Source: Leucoraja ocellata (taxonomy: Eukaryota). Taken from it: a stretch of DNA of 64,000 nucleotides. The stretch lies in the NCBI GenBank assembly GCA_036785375.1, contig JAWMAR010000008.1:14074001-14138000 (forward strand), read 5' to 3'. The notes beneath the pieces are model-generated. The model ran no database searches. It was given only the letters and a program-made list of their open reading frames with translations, and had not been told where the DNA came from. Each line of letters begins with the position of its first letter. Position 1 is the first letter of the stretch. The translations under genes were made by a program, and so were the position numbers. This document shows positions 37,583 to 52,262 of the stretch, piece by piece.

Positions 37583-39992
37583 TAGATATTCTAGATAAAT
37601 ATTATAAGAATATATGTAGCTTAGTTAGGCACAGGCAATACGATACTTAACATTGTGATTTATTGTGTCACCTGAGCTTAAGATGCTATTTCACTGCTGT
37701 AAATCCTTCAGGTCTAATTGTGACACGGTTGGCTTTAAATTAATTTAATTTCAGGAGTGAGTTTTTTTTATGTTGACCTCTTTCACATTTGATCAGTGAA
37801 GCTGAACAAGTAACTAAAATTGGTGCAGTCCTGCGACAGTCTCTCGATGTTTTTGCAGAAAACTCAGTGTATCGTATCAGACTTGTTTAAGAGCGAGTAA
37901 CGTTTCAGTTTAGGAAACTCAGCAGCAGGTCTAAATCAGTGGATAAGAAGCACATTCTAAAATCGTCATCTCAGCCCTGGTCCCTTTTGACAGTGTTCCA
38001 TTCAGCTGAGAATTGATTGTTCCAATAAAGAGGTCAGCCTCTTGATCTGTGCACTGTGCAGGTGGTTACAGACCGTCAGCTGGAACATGGGAGCGCAAAT
38101 TCTTCACAAAAATACACTAAAGTCCGATTTACACCCAGCAGCAGTGCTCGAAGCTGGATAACTTAACCCCTCCAACAGACAGAAGAGCAATGACCTTGTG
38201 TCATCCGGCTGACAGACCCATTACTTAGATAGGAGCATGAATACTTAAACATTGAACCCCACCAAAGCCATTGTTTCCTTTAATTTGGAGGGTCCTGAAG
38301 CTGAATTTCTACCCAGCCCGCAGAGTTTTCTTTCTTTCTTGTTTCTTGTCACATCACCTTTGAGATTCTGTCCCAGCATATGTGGAATCAGTAATAATGC
38401 GTTTTAGTTAATTACAATTAATTATAATTAACTACAACTTCATAATACTGCATAGTTAACGTCCTGAAGCCAACTAGATGCTGGTTGACGTGCTGAGTAT
38501 TTCCAGCATTTTCTGTTTTTATTCAAAATATTTGCAATTATTTCACTTTAAGAAACAATGTGTATGCATCTGGCTGAATTTGTTGGCCAGATTCAGTGCT
38601 GTGGGAGTGAACAACCCAGACTTGGCAAATCAAGTGCCCACTGACATTTATTTTGCAACACGACTGATGCATGACATTTCTTGAGAGATTTTACGCCAGT
38701 TTTTCGCAATGTATTACTGAATAAAGTGATTACATTTTGACGTAAAAGTCATAATTTTCTGTTAATATATTGTACCTTAAAATTATGCTCAATCTATCGA
38801 TATTTTAAATAATCAATACACCGTTTTTTGAGGAAAGCAACAGCAAAATATTATAGTTGGTGGAAACCTGAAATGAAAACAAATATGCTGGAAAAGCTCA
38901 GCAGAGCTGAGCCGTTCTTTGTCCAGAATTAAAAATTAACTCTGCTCCAGAAACTGCCAGGGAAGACTAACATCTCTTCCTTATTTTTCCTCTATATTTT
39001 ATGCTTGACAAGGACAAATCTTAAAAAAATATATACATAAGAAATAACAAGAAACATAATTGGAGTTTGAGTAATTCAAAAATGGTTCCTGATATTACTT
39101 GGAATGTTTGTGTTTGTACAAACACTGATTTAAAGATAAAGCCAAATGTCTTAAGTGAGGTGGAACAAAGGGTAGATCTGGGGATAGGATGCAATGTGAG
39201 GTAAGGGGTAAGTAGCTGTGAAGTTTGCTCTGATTTAAATCTATTATTTTATAGTTGAATAATTCCTTGATTAGATATGAGATTGGCACTAGGGGTTGTC
39301 CACCGTGATAATATCATACTGAAACGTAGGCCACAAAATTCAAATGCATACCAGCTTATTCTATGGTTTCAATGTGGTGCACGTGCACAGTTATAGTGCA
39401 AGGTTTGCCTGTGTAAATTAGAAAATGTATAAAGCTAATGCCCTCCAACAGCCAGGAGTGGAGGCAAATTATGGTATCAGTTGGTTGATTTGACACCAAT
39501 GCTGTTAAACTTAACTCGGCACTCTATCTAAAGTCACATGTCACGCATGTACATACAAAATATAACAATACAGCAGAGGAACAAGCATTTTGGCTCACAA
39601 TATCCGTGCCAAACATTATACTAAATTAAACTAATCTCCTCCACCTGCACTTCATCCATATCCCTTCATTTTCTGCATATCCATGTGCCTGTCTATAACC
39701 CTCTTAAACGCTACTATTGTGTCTGCTACTATGTATGGAGTACTAAATGTTTAGCAACATGAAGGATCACCTTGGTTGTGTTAATTAAAGGTTGCCGGCA
39801 GATTAGATGCAAATTTAGTTCTGTTGGCTGATGCACTTATTAACAATAGGTTGGTGCTTTCTAAATGTTTTTAAAGTCGCTAAAGTCTGCATGGATTGGT
39901 GTGCCTAGTGCTGCTCATCACATTGATCCTGCCCAAACCAGTTGTTCCCAGATGTGCATTAGTTGGTGTTCCCTTTAAAGCTTACCACCATT

Positions 39993-40238
39993 GGGCGGCA
40001 TGGTGGCGCAGCGGTAGAGTTGCTGCCTTCACAGAGCTTTCAGTGCCGGAGACCTAGGTTCGATCCCGACCATGGGTGCTGTCTGCACGGAGTTTGTTCG
40101 TTAATTGGCTTGGTGTATGTATAAATTGTCTGCATTGTCCCTGGTGTGTACAGGATAGTGTTAATGTTCAGGGATAGCTGGTCGGTGCGGTCTTGGTGGC
40201 TGAAGGGCCATTTTCCACGCTGTATCGCTAAACTAAAC
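39993..40238 (+). mobile_element. tRNA-derived SINE (HE1/V-SINE-like)
   Basis: A box TGGCGCAGCGG, B box GGTTCGATCCC, LINE-like 3' tail ending (CTAAA)n. Confidence 0.85.
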
Positions 40239-41292
40239 ACTGGACGAATAAGCAAAGCAGAACAAGTAACAAGAGATGGGAAGAAAAGTAGGGAACATGT
40301 GGTAAATTCCTGGGGAATTTTCTTCGATGTGAATGTCACTGAGGAACAGTGCATCAGGCACTCACTCGCTCTTCAGTGACAGTGTCCTTACTGAGATTTG
40401 CCATGTACTGAAATTCCCAAAACAGGGCAAGGACTGGATTGCCATCAACTGTCAATATAGCAAAGGCATTGCTGCCAAATGAAATGTTGTAAAATCAGAA
40501 TCATAGTCATAGTCATAATCATACTTTAATAGATGATCAATAGATCATTGCTAACCATTGCAGTCTGAAGAATTATGAAGTTTATGAGGAAAACAGGTGT
40601 GCAGAATTTGTGACTTTGCTTTTTTTTAAACTTTGGCAATTTTTCCAGTAAATTAAAACTTCTGCTCTGACTAGATTTAGATGAGAATGACATAAGCAAG
40701 AGAGAACATATGAAATAAGAGCAGAGGTTGGCAACTTTATTGTCCCACCTTTCAGTAAGATCATGGCTTATCTGATGTTAGCCTCACCTCCACCTTCCTG
40801 CCTCCTCGCCCATCATCCTCAATTCCCTGATAGATCTATCTGTCTCAGACTTAAATATATAACATGATACAGTCTTCACGGGTATCCAAGGGCTCATGAT
40901 TCTCCTCATCTTCCCTTATTTTGAAATCATGCTCCTGATGCATGGACGTGGAGAGCCAAAGGACCCATATCTGTGCTGTGTGATTTTAGAACATGACAAT
41001 AGACTGGATCTGCAACAGTTAGTCAAAAAATCAATACAGAGGAGGGTAAACTAATCCTCACTAATGTATTTGCAGGAGATGCATCAGTTCACAGCAGCAT
41101 TGGTATAAATGGCCATAGCGCAGTGCTTTTGGAGATAAATTCCAGTCTACACCTTGATACTGTTGTATTGTGTGCGTCAGTGGGAAAGATTTAGAATGGA
41201 TCTAGTAACTCAAAGTAGATCCATAAGATGCTCTGGACCATCAACACCACAATTTACAATCTTGGGGTCCCAATGTATCTCACACCAAGGGT

Positions 41293-41420
41293 TCAAGGGT
41301 TTTGACCAGAAACGTTGCCTATTTCCTTCGCTCCATAGATGCTGCTGCACCCGCTGAGTTTCTCCAGCATGTTTGTGTACCTTCAATTTTCCAGCATCTG
41401 CAGTTCCTTCTTAAACACTT
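41293..41420 (+). mobile_element. Penelope-like terminal-repeat relic
   Basis: gaaacgttgcctatttccttcgctccatagatgctgctgcacccgctgag is near-identical to 16641-16712. CUGANGA is absent. Confidence 0.75.
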
Positions 41421-41539
41421 CAAATCTTGTTCAATGAGGATTGCAGAGACCATAACGTGGACATGTTAAACCAAAGCATACCTAAATTAACGGGTCAGTG
41501 TAATGCAATAGTAACGCAGGACTGTATCATGTGTGCTAA

Positions 41540-42180
41540 ACCACAAAAGCAGCATTCAGTAGACATAAAAATGCAACAGATCAGATAAAAGCCATGCATT
41601 CCAACCACATCTGGTTGTGAATAACGGTGGATATTTGACCAATTAATGGGAGGAGGAGGCAGCTTAAGAACACCCCCATCTTTAAAGAAGACAGGCTCAG
41701 TAAAGGCAAAGATGAAGTATGTACAGTCATGTTCAGCCAGAAGCGCAGAGCAGTGATTCATCTCAGCTTCCTCCTGAGATTTCTTGCGTCACAGGAGCCA
41801 GTCTTCAGCCAATTTGAATCACTTCACATGGATAGGAAGAAATGTCCAAAATACTGGCTTTGGAAATCGGACAACATCCTGGCTGTAGCATTGAAAACCT
41901 GTGCTCCAGATTAATGGCTGCTCTATCCAAGTTATCCCAGTACAAATACAACACTGGCATGTAGAAAGTGTAGAAAATTGCCAAGGTCAGTCCTATTATA
42001 AAAAGCAGGACAAAACCTGAACAACAGGGTCTACCCTCATTTATGAGCAAACTGCTAAAATGTGTTGTTACCGCTGCTACCAAGTGGCAATTACCTTCCA
42101 ATGCCCAATTTGGGTTTCCCCAAGACCACTCAGCTCCAGGTATTACTGCAGCCTTGGTCCAAATATGGACCAAAGAGCTA
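41540..42180 (+). mobile_element. Old CR1/L2-like LINE RT-proximal fragment
   Basis: Motifs DNILAVALKTCAP, LMAALSKLSQYKYNTG, KIAKVSPIIKK and QFGFPQDHS. Confidence 0.7.
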
Positions 42181-42791
42181 TGATATGACATGATATGATA
42201 TGGCTGCTCTTTATGTCAAGAAACAATTTGGTGTAGGAATAGGCGACCCTGCCCCTAGACACTTTTCTGTCATTTGATGTTCATGACTGACTTGATTGTT
42301 ACTTCAAATCTGCATTCCTTCCCACCCCCAACAACCTTTCACCCTTTTGCCTATCAAGGATCTACCTTTGATTGAATGCTACCACTGAAAGTTTTGCTTC
42401 CATTGTGTTCAGAGGAAAAGAATTCCAAAACAAGGTGAGCCTGTAATAGAAACAAAATCACCTAATTTCTGTCTTAAGTGGGCGATCCTTTATTTTAAAA
42501 TAATGATTTTTAAATGAATATCCAAGTTTTATGTTCCTCCACAAGGGAAAAACATGGTCTCCATATCCATCCTGACGAGACTTCTCAAGATTTTATATGT
42601 TTCAGTTGCCTCTTGTCTTTCTAAACTTCTAAACCATCCTGTCCAACCTATTGTCTTAAAATAACCTACCCATTCCAGGTATTAGTCTGGTGAGCCTTCT
42701 CACAGTAGTTTTCAACACATTTACATCTTTGCAATATAATATACAGTACATCAGACATCATCTCACCAATGCCCCGTATAATGGAATCACA

Positions 42792-43083
42792 GGGCGGCCA
42801 TGGTGGCGCAGCGATAGAGTTGCTGCCTTACAGCGCTTGTAGCGCCGGAGATCCAGGTTCGATCCCGACTACGGGTGCTGTGTGTACAGAGTTTGCACCT
42901 TCTCCCATGACCACATTCTCCGAGATCTTCGGTTTCCTCTCACACTCTGAAGACGTACAGGTATGTAGGTTAATTGGTTTGGTGTAAATGGTCCCTAATG
43001 TGTGTAGTGTTAATGTGCGGGTTGCTGCGGACTCGGTGGGCCGAAGGGCCTGTTTCTGCACTGTATCTTTAAACTAAACTAAT
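42792..43083 (+). mobile_element. tRNA-derived SINE (HE1/V-SINE-like)
   Basis: Same head as 39993 (tggtggcgcagcg…ggttcgatcccgac), with the gggccgaagggcctgtttc tail and (CTAAA)n end. Confidence 0.88.
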
Positions 43084-43139
43084 CTCTCTACTAATGTATT
43101 CAATTTCTCGTGCAATAAGCATTAACATTTCCTGTTAAA

Positions 43140-43595
43140 CTTGTGGGCTCACCGGTTCCCGGCCCTGGCGACGACCGCACTCCTGGCTCCAGGACCTGGC
43201 TCTGGACTCACTCAGCTGCTCTCGTCCCCAGCGCCTATCGCGCTCACAGTCCCCGCCCGCGAATGCAGCCCGCCCCCGCCCGCGAACACATCCCACTCCC
43301 ACCCCCGCCCAGCGGAACACAGCCCACACTCTGCTGCTTCAGCTTTATTCTCGGCGGCTTCTGGGGCGGGCGGATCCAGGACGGGCAGCTCCTGGACGGG
43401 CGGCTCACGGACTCAGCCCCGCCTCCGGGGTTTTATTCACCACCAATCGGAACAAAACTTGGTGCTTTAGAGCAGAGGAGAACGGTGAGTAAGGTGGCGA
43501 AAATATCCTGGCGATATAGGGTACTGTTTTTGCACAAATTTAAAAACAACGCAGACTGAAAGTGGTCAAGATGAGAGTTTTAGTAATAGTATAGA
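43140..43595 (-). mobile_element. Non-autonomous Helitron, 3'-truncated (copy 5, second subtype)
   Basis: The minus strand starts a|TCTATACTATTACTAAAACTCTCATCTTG. Shares ggagaacggtgagt and aaacttggtgc with copy 4. No terminal hairpin or CTAG found. Confidence 0.7.
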
Positions 43596-43627
43596 TGCTT
43601 CTTTTCCCCACTGTAGACTTTTACACC

Positions 43628-43900
43628 TCAGACTTTAGAGATACTGCCCCAAAACAAATCCTTTGAGTCACCGAGTTGGCACCGTCCAGCGATCACCCTT
43701 CACACGAACACTATCCTACACACTAGGGACGATTTGCATGTACCAAAGTCAATTAACCATCAAAATTGTACGTCTTTGGAGCACACAAAGAAAATCCATG
43801 TGATCACAAGGGAACGTACAAACTCCATACAGATAGCACCCACAGTCAGGAACGAACCCGGGTCTCTGGCACTGGAAGGAAGCAGCTCTTCTGCAGCCCC
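43628..43900 (-). mobile_element. tRNA-derived SINE (HE1-like)
   Basis: Reverse complement contains gacccgggttcgttcctgactgtgggtgctatctgtatggagtttgtacg. Confidence 0.8.
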
Positions 43901-44194
43901 ACTTAAGTGCACAGCTTCATATCTCCCCGTGTTATACTCCATTTGCCAAATCACAGATTTAAATTCCCAGTGCTCTTTATTTGAGTAAGTGCTTCCTGAC
44001 ATTTGTGCCTTCTTACACACTCAGTCCCTGAAGCAAAAGTATCCTTCCATGTTATCAGCTCCTTTATTTTATTCAATTGCTCAAATATATCACCTTAATG
44101 TTCCATAATTAAGGGAATACAAATCGCTCAATTGTTAACCGACTTAAACGCAATATCTTTCAGTGAACATAAACTGAATCCCATCCCAGATTAA

Positions 44195-44310
44195 TGTGTA
44201 AGAAGGAACTGCAGATGCTGGTTTAAACCGAAGATAGACAAGGTCTCGCTCCTTCTCTCCAGAGATGCTGCTTGTCCCGCTGAGTTACTCCAGTTTTCTG
44301 TGTCTATCTC
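44195..44310. mobile_element. Inverted Penelope-like terminal-repeat relic
   Basis: gaaggaactgcagatgctggtttaaaccgaagatagaca…ccgctgagttactccag…tgtctatct. Confidence 0.65.
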
Positions 44311-47300
44311 CAGATTAATATAACTCTCCCTGAAGTACATAGCCCAGAACTGATTTGAAGTTGTGCTGTAAACGGGTATTCTGGTGCCATTATAAATCAA
44401 GGACTGTTTAAGTACACATAATATGATGCTAATAGTTATTCATAGCATATGCACAACGGTTTTTAAAACAAACACACAGAAGCAATAGATAAGTTTAAAA
44501 ATAGGCAGATGATGTAATTACCTTAGTAATAATGTTTATACATTCATATATTTTTATTGAACCTGTTCTTCTGGACTGTGTCCCAAGGATAATTCCAGGT
44601 GCACTGTTGCAGCAAGTAATTTCCTGTATTGTGTGCACACAAATTAATTTATCTGTTATTAGATCATTTCTGCTCACCTGGCTAGCAGTGACAGAGGAAA
44701 GCTTTGTTTATTGTTGCAGCAAGTGGATTAACCTTCATGCCAATTACTTCCAGGTAACGGATACATGTGAAAATGGGAAGAAAAGAGGGGTTGAAGGGTG
44801 AAGAAGCAGGAAAGGTGTTATTCTCATCAGTGAAAGAAAGACTTCTTTGATGAGAGTTTTGGGAATGGAATGAAAGGAGGATGTGAGCCTGTTCCCTCTG
44901 TGCATCTTATATCCATTTTCTTGCTTTACACTTGGTAGGCTGTACACCTTGGCTCAGCCTGGAAGGATGGGTAGGTGACATTTCCATGATCTTAACAAGA
45001 TAGAACCCCCTGCTGATTTCTTCGCCGACATGCTGTTAGTTAGACAGCTCACGTCTGTGTGGTGTGTTGCTCCTAATGGTAATGAAGTTGAGGAGTTTAA
45101 AGTGAGTCAGTATCTTGAGAATTGCATGAATGAGAGGACTGTGAGACAGCACAGCTCCCTTTGTATCCTTCAAGATTGTGTGAATATTCCAACAAGTTCA
45201 CATCTCCTTTGAGACCAGCTGCTTGATCCAAACCCAAGCTCCACTTCCTTCCTCCTGCCCATTTGGACCGATCTGCTAGTCTGATGACCGTGGCCACTGA
45301 AGGCGCAGATTTACTTTGCAGAGTAAGTAATTATTGAGATATCCGAGCATCTAACATGCAGCTAAAGCAGGAGATTAAAAACACGATGCATCAAAAAGTT
45401 AAGAGAGTGGTTGTGTTTTCAAACCTGGTTGAGAGTTATTCACATGCAGTCCTCAAAGGGATAAAGTTATGCTGAGGAAATAAATGTCTGCACTCTCCTG
45501 AGAGTGCGGTATATATTATCCTGATAAAATCTGGAAAAGTTTGGTTGGAAGGTCAGGGATTTCACTGTCTGTGTCTCTCAGTACACTCTGATCGTGGGAG
45601 CAACATATTTAGAACTGTTTTTATCTCCTACGACTTCCTTTATAGAAGAAATCTGTGGAATTTGAGGATTACTCTGCATGTCGATTTGGTCTCTGTTCCC
45701 CACCCCAATAAAGATAGTTTCCCACCTCCATCATTTTTTTCCCCAACGCATCTGCAGCACATAAAACCAACTGGAATTTAATTACTTCAATATTTCTTCA
45801 ATTAAAGCTTTGTGAAACATGGCTACACTTTGATGTAGGCTTAATGTTTTCATATGCACTTATTTGAAATTTTTGGTCATTTCCCCTATTTTGTGATTTT
45901 TGCAATGAGAAATTCTCCCACATGGGCCAAAAGCTCTGCTTCAAAAACTGTTAATTAATCCCCAGGAATTTTTGGAATTGAACAAAACAATTAAATATTG
46001 CTCGCATCAACCCCTGAGTGACCTTGAATCCAGACATGGTTGGTCTGTAGTTGTAACAAGTGTTTTTCGTTAAAAAGTGACAACACCTGTCCTTGTAATT
46101 GGTTATTCCAAGCTATTCATAAATGTTTTATGTTTTTGTTCTAACTTGTAAGGCAAAGAAAGATGGTTTTGCTATGTGGCTTCAAGAATTCGTGACATGC
46201 AGTGAATGAAGGGATACGGATCATGAGCAGGCAGATGAGAATTTGTTTACTTTGGCATCGTATAGAGCACAGACATTCTGGACTGAAGAGCCTGTTTTTG
46301 TGCTGTACTGTTCAATGTTCTGTAGTTTGCTCATGGGGTCAATGGTAAGGAAATCAAAACTACCAGAATTCATATTGCGATTCACTGGTTTCTTCGCAAT
46401 CCAACCACAACTGGGATTTTAGTTTGGTGATCGTATGACATCAATGATACTAAAGTATACTAAATCAGCCGATTCACATGTGCTGGTTCAAGTTAACAAT
46501 CTGCTTCTGTAACTTCATTAACGTCATGGAAAAATGTCACTGCAGCATAATCAGACAAAGAACCAAATAAGCACATATTAGGAGACAAGGTGCTTGAAAG
46601 CTCAGTTGAGGAAATAGATTTTAAGGAGGAAAAGGATTGTGATGGTGAACTACGGAGCTGGCAACATTGATGATTAAAGGAATGATCTCTGAATGTAATG
46701 ACTGGCCATGTTCTGTACATGTATGGTCATAAATTGGAGGAGGTTAGTGATGAGGAGCTGCAAGCTTTGGAGGGATCTTACCAAAAGGAGCATTTTCAAA
46801 ATCACGATATTGGCCTGTTAGGAGCCTGTGTGAGCTAGGTCACATGAGCAATGGGAGAGTGGAAATTGATTGGGTGGTGGATAGGGAACAACAGTTTTGG
46901 ATGGGGCAACATTTCTGAAGGAAGCCAAGAGACTAATCAGTCAAATTGGAGCTAACAAAACTATACCAGTGTTGTGGCAGCAGACCTCTGGGGCAGTATT
47001 GACATGTTATGGAAATGGAAGTAGGTAGTCTTTGCGATAAACTAGATTTGGATTTGTAACTGAGTTATGATTAAACACCGATAGCTTGAAGGGAGGTTTG
47101 CATGGATACTTTAATATACAGTATGAAAACATAAAATGTCACCAGAATATGAAGTATATTGTGGGGAGGGTTTGTGTGGAAGAGCAGAGAATCTGGCATG
47201 GTCTTACCACCAACTACACCACCAGTCTCAGATCAAATGTCGATCAAGGTATCAACTTTACTTTCGGAATCAAAAACAAAAAAATATATTATACAAATTG

Positions 47301-48400
47301 GGGGAAATTCTTCCTGTCACTATTCTACTCTTGGCGTCTATATGTAGTTCTCTTTGTAGGAGCTTGGTGTGCAGTGTGGCTGCATTTCTCACTTCAAAAG
47401 AAAAAGGACTTCAGTGGCCTGTAAAGCACTTTAGGATGTCATAGTTGGGAAAGGCTCACTGTACTCTTTCATTATGAATTAAGTAAATTCAGAGTCTCTT
47501 CCGCTCATGTTGACAGTATCACTTTGTACAAACCATCTGCCACAATGAACTACTGATCTAGTTTGCAGCAAAATTATTTATTGTAGTAAGCAATGTTTCA
47601 CTGTTACAAGGTGCCAAATTAAAACTTGCATTGTTTTAAATGAATGGGTACTGCCTTTAGCCCCAAATGTTTCACTATACTTGTTGCTTGGCATTAAATC
47701 AGTACCCTCATATCAGAAGAAGTAAGTTCCTAACCATGTCCATAGAAAGATTTATTTAAAAGTCCACAGAACAACAGAAATAGTAAAATTCCTGGATCTT
47801 GGATGGGGGAAAAGTGAAACTTTCACTTATATGACGAGGTAAGGATAACATTACAGAAAATAATAGCTCATCAGTTTGTTGAACCATATCGTTTCAAATG
47901 AGATGTGCTAATACAAATCAGGACTTGCATATTGACCCCTGCGGGTGAGCTGGTAAACTGAAGGGAGGGACAAATTCAGGGACATGCAGGGACAAATTAA
48001 AAGATGTAACAGCACCCTCTGCAACATGTCAGTGTCTTCTCACGTTGTTCTACCCAACACATCAAACACTACCCACCATAAATATAGATTCAGTCACTTT
48101 ATCCTGTTGTGTGAGACATTTTAAAGTGAAGGTCATGTCAAAATGAAGGCCTGAAGAAAATTTAACCACAAGAAAGTAAGAGGCAGAGGAGGAAACCTGG
48201 CCCATCAAGCCTGTGCCGCTATTCAGTATGATCATACTTGAGCTAGCTCATATTTTAAATACCTCCAGTGATCTCGCTTCCACAAGCCTCTGTGATACAG
48301 AATTCCTGGGATAGGTTACCCTTGATATTCAGAATCTTTGAAGAGTTTTGCGAGAATAACTGACAAAACTGTTTGTAGAGCCAGAATGGTCAGTAACATA

Positions 48401-49190
48401 AAGGGCCTGACCCACTTAGGAAACCTCCACAGCAACGTCTGGAGACCTTGCCCGCCACCCATGGTCGCTGCAAGGTCGTCACGAGGTCACAGGAGGTTTT
48501 GGTCACTCTCCCGAATGGTCGAAAGTGGTTTCCGCGTGGTCGAGGCTTCATCGAGGTCGCTGCTTTTTTTTCATCATGATGAAAACCGGCCTCGACTAAA
48601 AATAGGTCACCGTTTGGTCGAAACCAGTGGTGTGGGGTCGCTATTTACATATAGGCAGTCGAAGGCAATCTCCTTCACTGACCAGCCATTTTGATTGGCT
48701 CATTGAAGTTTCACGCCCTAGAAGACCCACCGGTAGGTAAAATGTCGCTAACTTTATTAAACTTCTTAAAACTCTCCACTCCTTCTCCCCCTTCTCCTCC
48801 TCTTCTCCCCCCTTCTCTCCCCTTCTCTCTCCCTTCTCTCTCCCATCTCTCTCCCTTCTCCCTCTCCTCTCTATCCCTTCTCCCCCCCCCCGCGCTCTCT
48901 AAAGGATTTACCGTACTCTGTGGCAGCCCTTTACCTTCATCTTCATCGCGCAGACAGCGCTACTCCGCTCTCCATGGCCCCCACCTTCGCGGCGTGTGTG
49001 TGTGCACGCGGTCTGTGGATGCAGCTCGCGGTTTCAACGCGGCTGGTCGATCCAGCTCGAGGCTTTCCAGGCGAGTGCCCTTGAGTGACCAAAACCTCCT
49101 GTGACCTTGTGGCGACCTTGCAGCAACCATGGGTGGCGGGTAAGGTCTCCAGAGGTTGCTGTGGAGGTCTCCTAAGTGGGACAGCTCCTT
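48401..49190. mobile_element. MITE / non-autonomous DNA transposon with ~105-bp TIRs
   Basis: ta|AAGGGCCTGACCCACTTAGGAAACCTCCACAGCAAC…GTTGCTGTGGAGGTCTCCTAAGTGGGACAGCTCCTT|ta. CT-rich interior. Confidence 0.85.
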
Positions 49191-50758
49191 TAGGATATAG
49201 ATAAGACAATTAGTGAAAGACCCAGAGGTAACATACAATGTTTTAAAACAATGAGTCATTGTGATCTTGAATACACTATCAGAAAGGGAAATGGAAGCAG
49301 ATTCAATTGTAACTTTTAATAACCCAACTTTGATTGGGTTGACAGTTACAGCCAAGTCCGTCCATTGCCATGCCCTCTTCAGTCCAAGAACATGTGAACA
49401 GACATCCCAGAGTGCAGCGTTGCCATGCTCTTCACCTGTCAGCCATTTTCCCTGGCGCACTGCATTGTGTGGAGGAACAGCGAACATGGCTAACTCCTTA
49501 AAATGATTCCTCGACCTTCCCCACTTCCACTAAGTCACCCTGCTTTAACCCATTATCCCCACTGAACTTCTCCCACACCTCCTTTCGCCAATGAGCTGCG
49601 ATGCTGGAATCTCATCCCTTTCTCTGAGTTCAAGTTGAAGAATAGCTTTTTCCCATCGACCAACAGGCTATTGAACCACACTGCATAACCCTAACCACAA
49701 TCCTTCCTCAGCAACAAACTACTATAGAATTTTTATAGGTTACACTATGTACTTCAGCTTGCACTACTGTAGTCTGGTTTCCGAGTGTAACAAATAATTT
49801 ATTGCATTATTGTCTATTTATTTGTTGTATTGCTGTGTTAATGTGCCTGTAAATTTGTAAGTAAAAATGTAAATTTTCTGTTCCTGGTGCACGTGACAAT
49901 TGAATACTCTTGACTCTTGCATAAGCACTGAACATCTACGGATATTGCAAATCTTTATTCAGTTGATTTATTCCAATTATTTTGTGTCCTATATGTTGTT
50001 CGGATGCCTTTTATTCGAATGCCACAATCTCAGGTTGGAGCAAGCTGGAATTGTAGTTAGGACTTTGCTGATCTGAATGGCTCAACAATGTATGTGCCAT
50101 ACATTTAGCCATTGAACATGTGACAATGCCCGATCCAGTTCGGTGTCTGCATGTTGCTCGTAAATACTCTTATCTTTATATCATCACTCAGCGCATGTTC
50201 TACTGCTCTGCTTATTGTCTCTCCTTGCCATTATTGTTATTTTAAATTTGGTACTGGAGGTAATTTTGAAGGGTTTCTGTTGTGACTATCTCCTCACATA
50301 TTTTTTTGCCAAACCCTGGCAGGAAGCTGAAGATTATATTTGTCTGGCCCCTTCTATAAGTGTACGTCTGATGTGAAACAGGATGCGAAAAAAACATGTT
50401 TTTATCTCCTTAATGAATGTGACAAGATCCACATTTTTTCCACTATGAGATTCAGTGCAGAAAAATTTCAGTTGGATTCATATTTTTTGACGTCTCTCCA
50501 AAAAGGTTGGCTCAGGGTGTTTGCAACAGTTACACAGTTCTATTTTTAAATTTAGAATTGGCTTTCAACTTCCTAATAAAATTATTTTTCGTAGCCCTTT
50601 CACCCTCTTTATTATTAGAATAATGTACTGTAGTAGCTTTAGATTTTCATAGTCCTGACGGCCATTACCATTGAAGGCTCTGTGACTTCAAGTTTGGAGA
50701 AATTACCAAAGTCCAGAGCTCATGTAATAAATGAGAAAAAAAATCTGAGTGTATGCGT

Positions 50759-50816
50759 GCATATATATATATGTATATATATAATTATATACACACACAC
50801 ACACACACACACATAT
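50759..50816. repeat. (TA)n/(CA)n microsatellite
   Basis: Direct reading. Confidence 0.9.
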
Positions 50817-51984
50817 AAAAACAAACAAACCTCAGTCATCTTCTAATACAGAACAGAGACCTTGAGGACCGTCATCCTTCCTCTCATGATCTTTATCCTG
50901 CAGTTTGACAGAGATTATCTATCCATGCCTTGTTTAAACTACCTGCTAAACCATCCTCTGCTTACATCCGGGATCACTGTGTGTTCCTTTCTCCTCCCTC
51001 TACTTGACCTATGATATAGACTGTCACCCCGAATCCACTTACCTTTGTTTAATCTCATCTCCTCTCAATAACCATCACTTTTGACACAGCAAGATCTCGA
51101 CCAACATGTTGCAATGGCATTAATTTCCCCTCCCCTTCTTTGTTCTCTGTCATATCTTTCAATATTCCCCTATCTTGGCAGCGCTGCCCTTCTTGTTAAT
51201 ACTGCCTCATTTCAAAAATCAGGGTGCTTGTTAAGATGACAGCAAAGATGCACCAACATGCCCTCAAAGGTTCAAGACAAGAAAATAAAATCAGTCCTAA
51301 ATAAGAGATTGGGATCATTTTGAAAGCACTTCCCAAAGGAAGCCGTAGTAATGTTGCTAATTACTGTACAGTTCAGGATAATGGGGGAAACAGTCAGTAT
51401 CGCAATAGTAATAGTTGAAGTTTCCGGCACCATCGATCTAAAGTTTTAACAAATTTGACCACCCAAGAAGTAGGTGGTTAGATCTGATATAACAAAATCT
51501 GTGCTTGGCAATTTCATAATATTTGTTTTCTAATAAATCTGCACAAAATGCTTTTTGATAAATGTGTGCATTTAAAAAGTACACCATGAGCTTATGTCTC
51601 GATTAGAATTTTGTGCTGTTGTTTTATGGGAACAAAATCAAAATTTACTGCTATTTCAGAGTTCCACTCAAAGACTGAAATAGAAAGAGAAAATGCTGAA
51701 AGTATCCAGCAGCGCCCAGAAAGAAACTGTTAACATTTCAGGTCATTGATCTTTCATCTACAAACTATTCCCTGCATTTGTAATTTTTAGTTCATCTATT
51801 TTGCATTGTGATTATTTAACCTTTTTTATTGCTGTTGAATACACAACTTCGATTGAAAGATTACCTCACTCTTATGTGAGTCGCAAATTACTCACTAATA
51901 TGAGGTTTCTCTTTGTTCAGGGTATATAACAGATCCCAAGACACCATGTAAAGATTCAGGAGTTCTTTGTTTATAATTATAGAG

Positions 51985-52262
51985 AATCATAGTCATGCAG
52001 CATGGAAACAGGCCCTAAAGTGCAACTTGTGCACGACGACCACGATGCCCCATCTAAGCTAGTCTCGTTTGTCTGCGTTAGGCTTATCCCATACCTGTAC
52101 CTTTCAGATATCTTTTAAATATAGTTTTAGCACCTGCCTCAACTACCTCTTCTGGCATCCCTTTCCATATACCCACCTGTGTGAAAAAGCTGCCCCTCAG
52201 GTTCCTATTAAATCTTTCTCCTCTCATTTTAAAACTATGCCCTCTAGTTTTAGTCATCCCTA
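51985..52262 (-). mobile_element. CR1/HER1-like LINE 3' end
   Basis: Same tail family as 1410-1930 and 18450-18673. Confidence 0.65.

Noticed and set aside
39993-40075. tRNA gene (A and B boxes); also 42792-42870
   Set aside because: No complete cloverleaf. The sequence continues into a SINE body and LINE-derived tail and occurs as multiple diverged copies.
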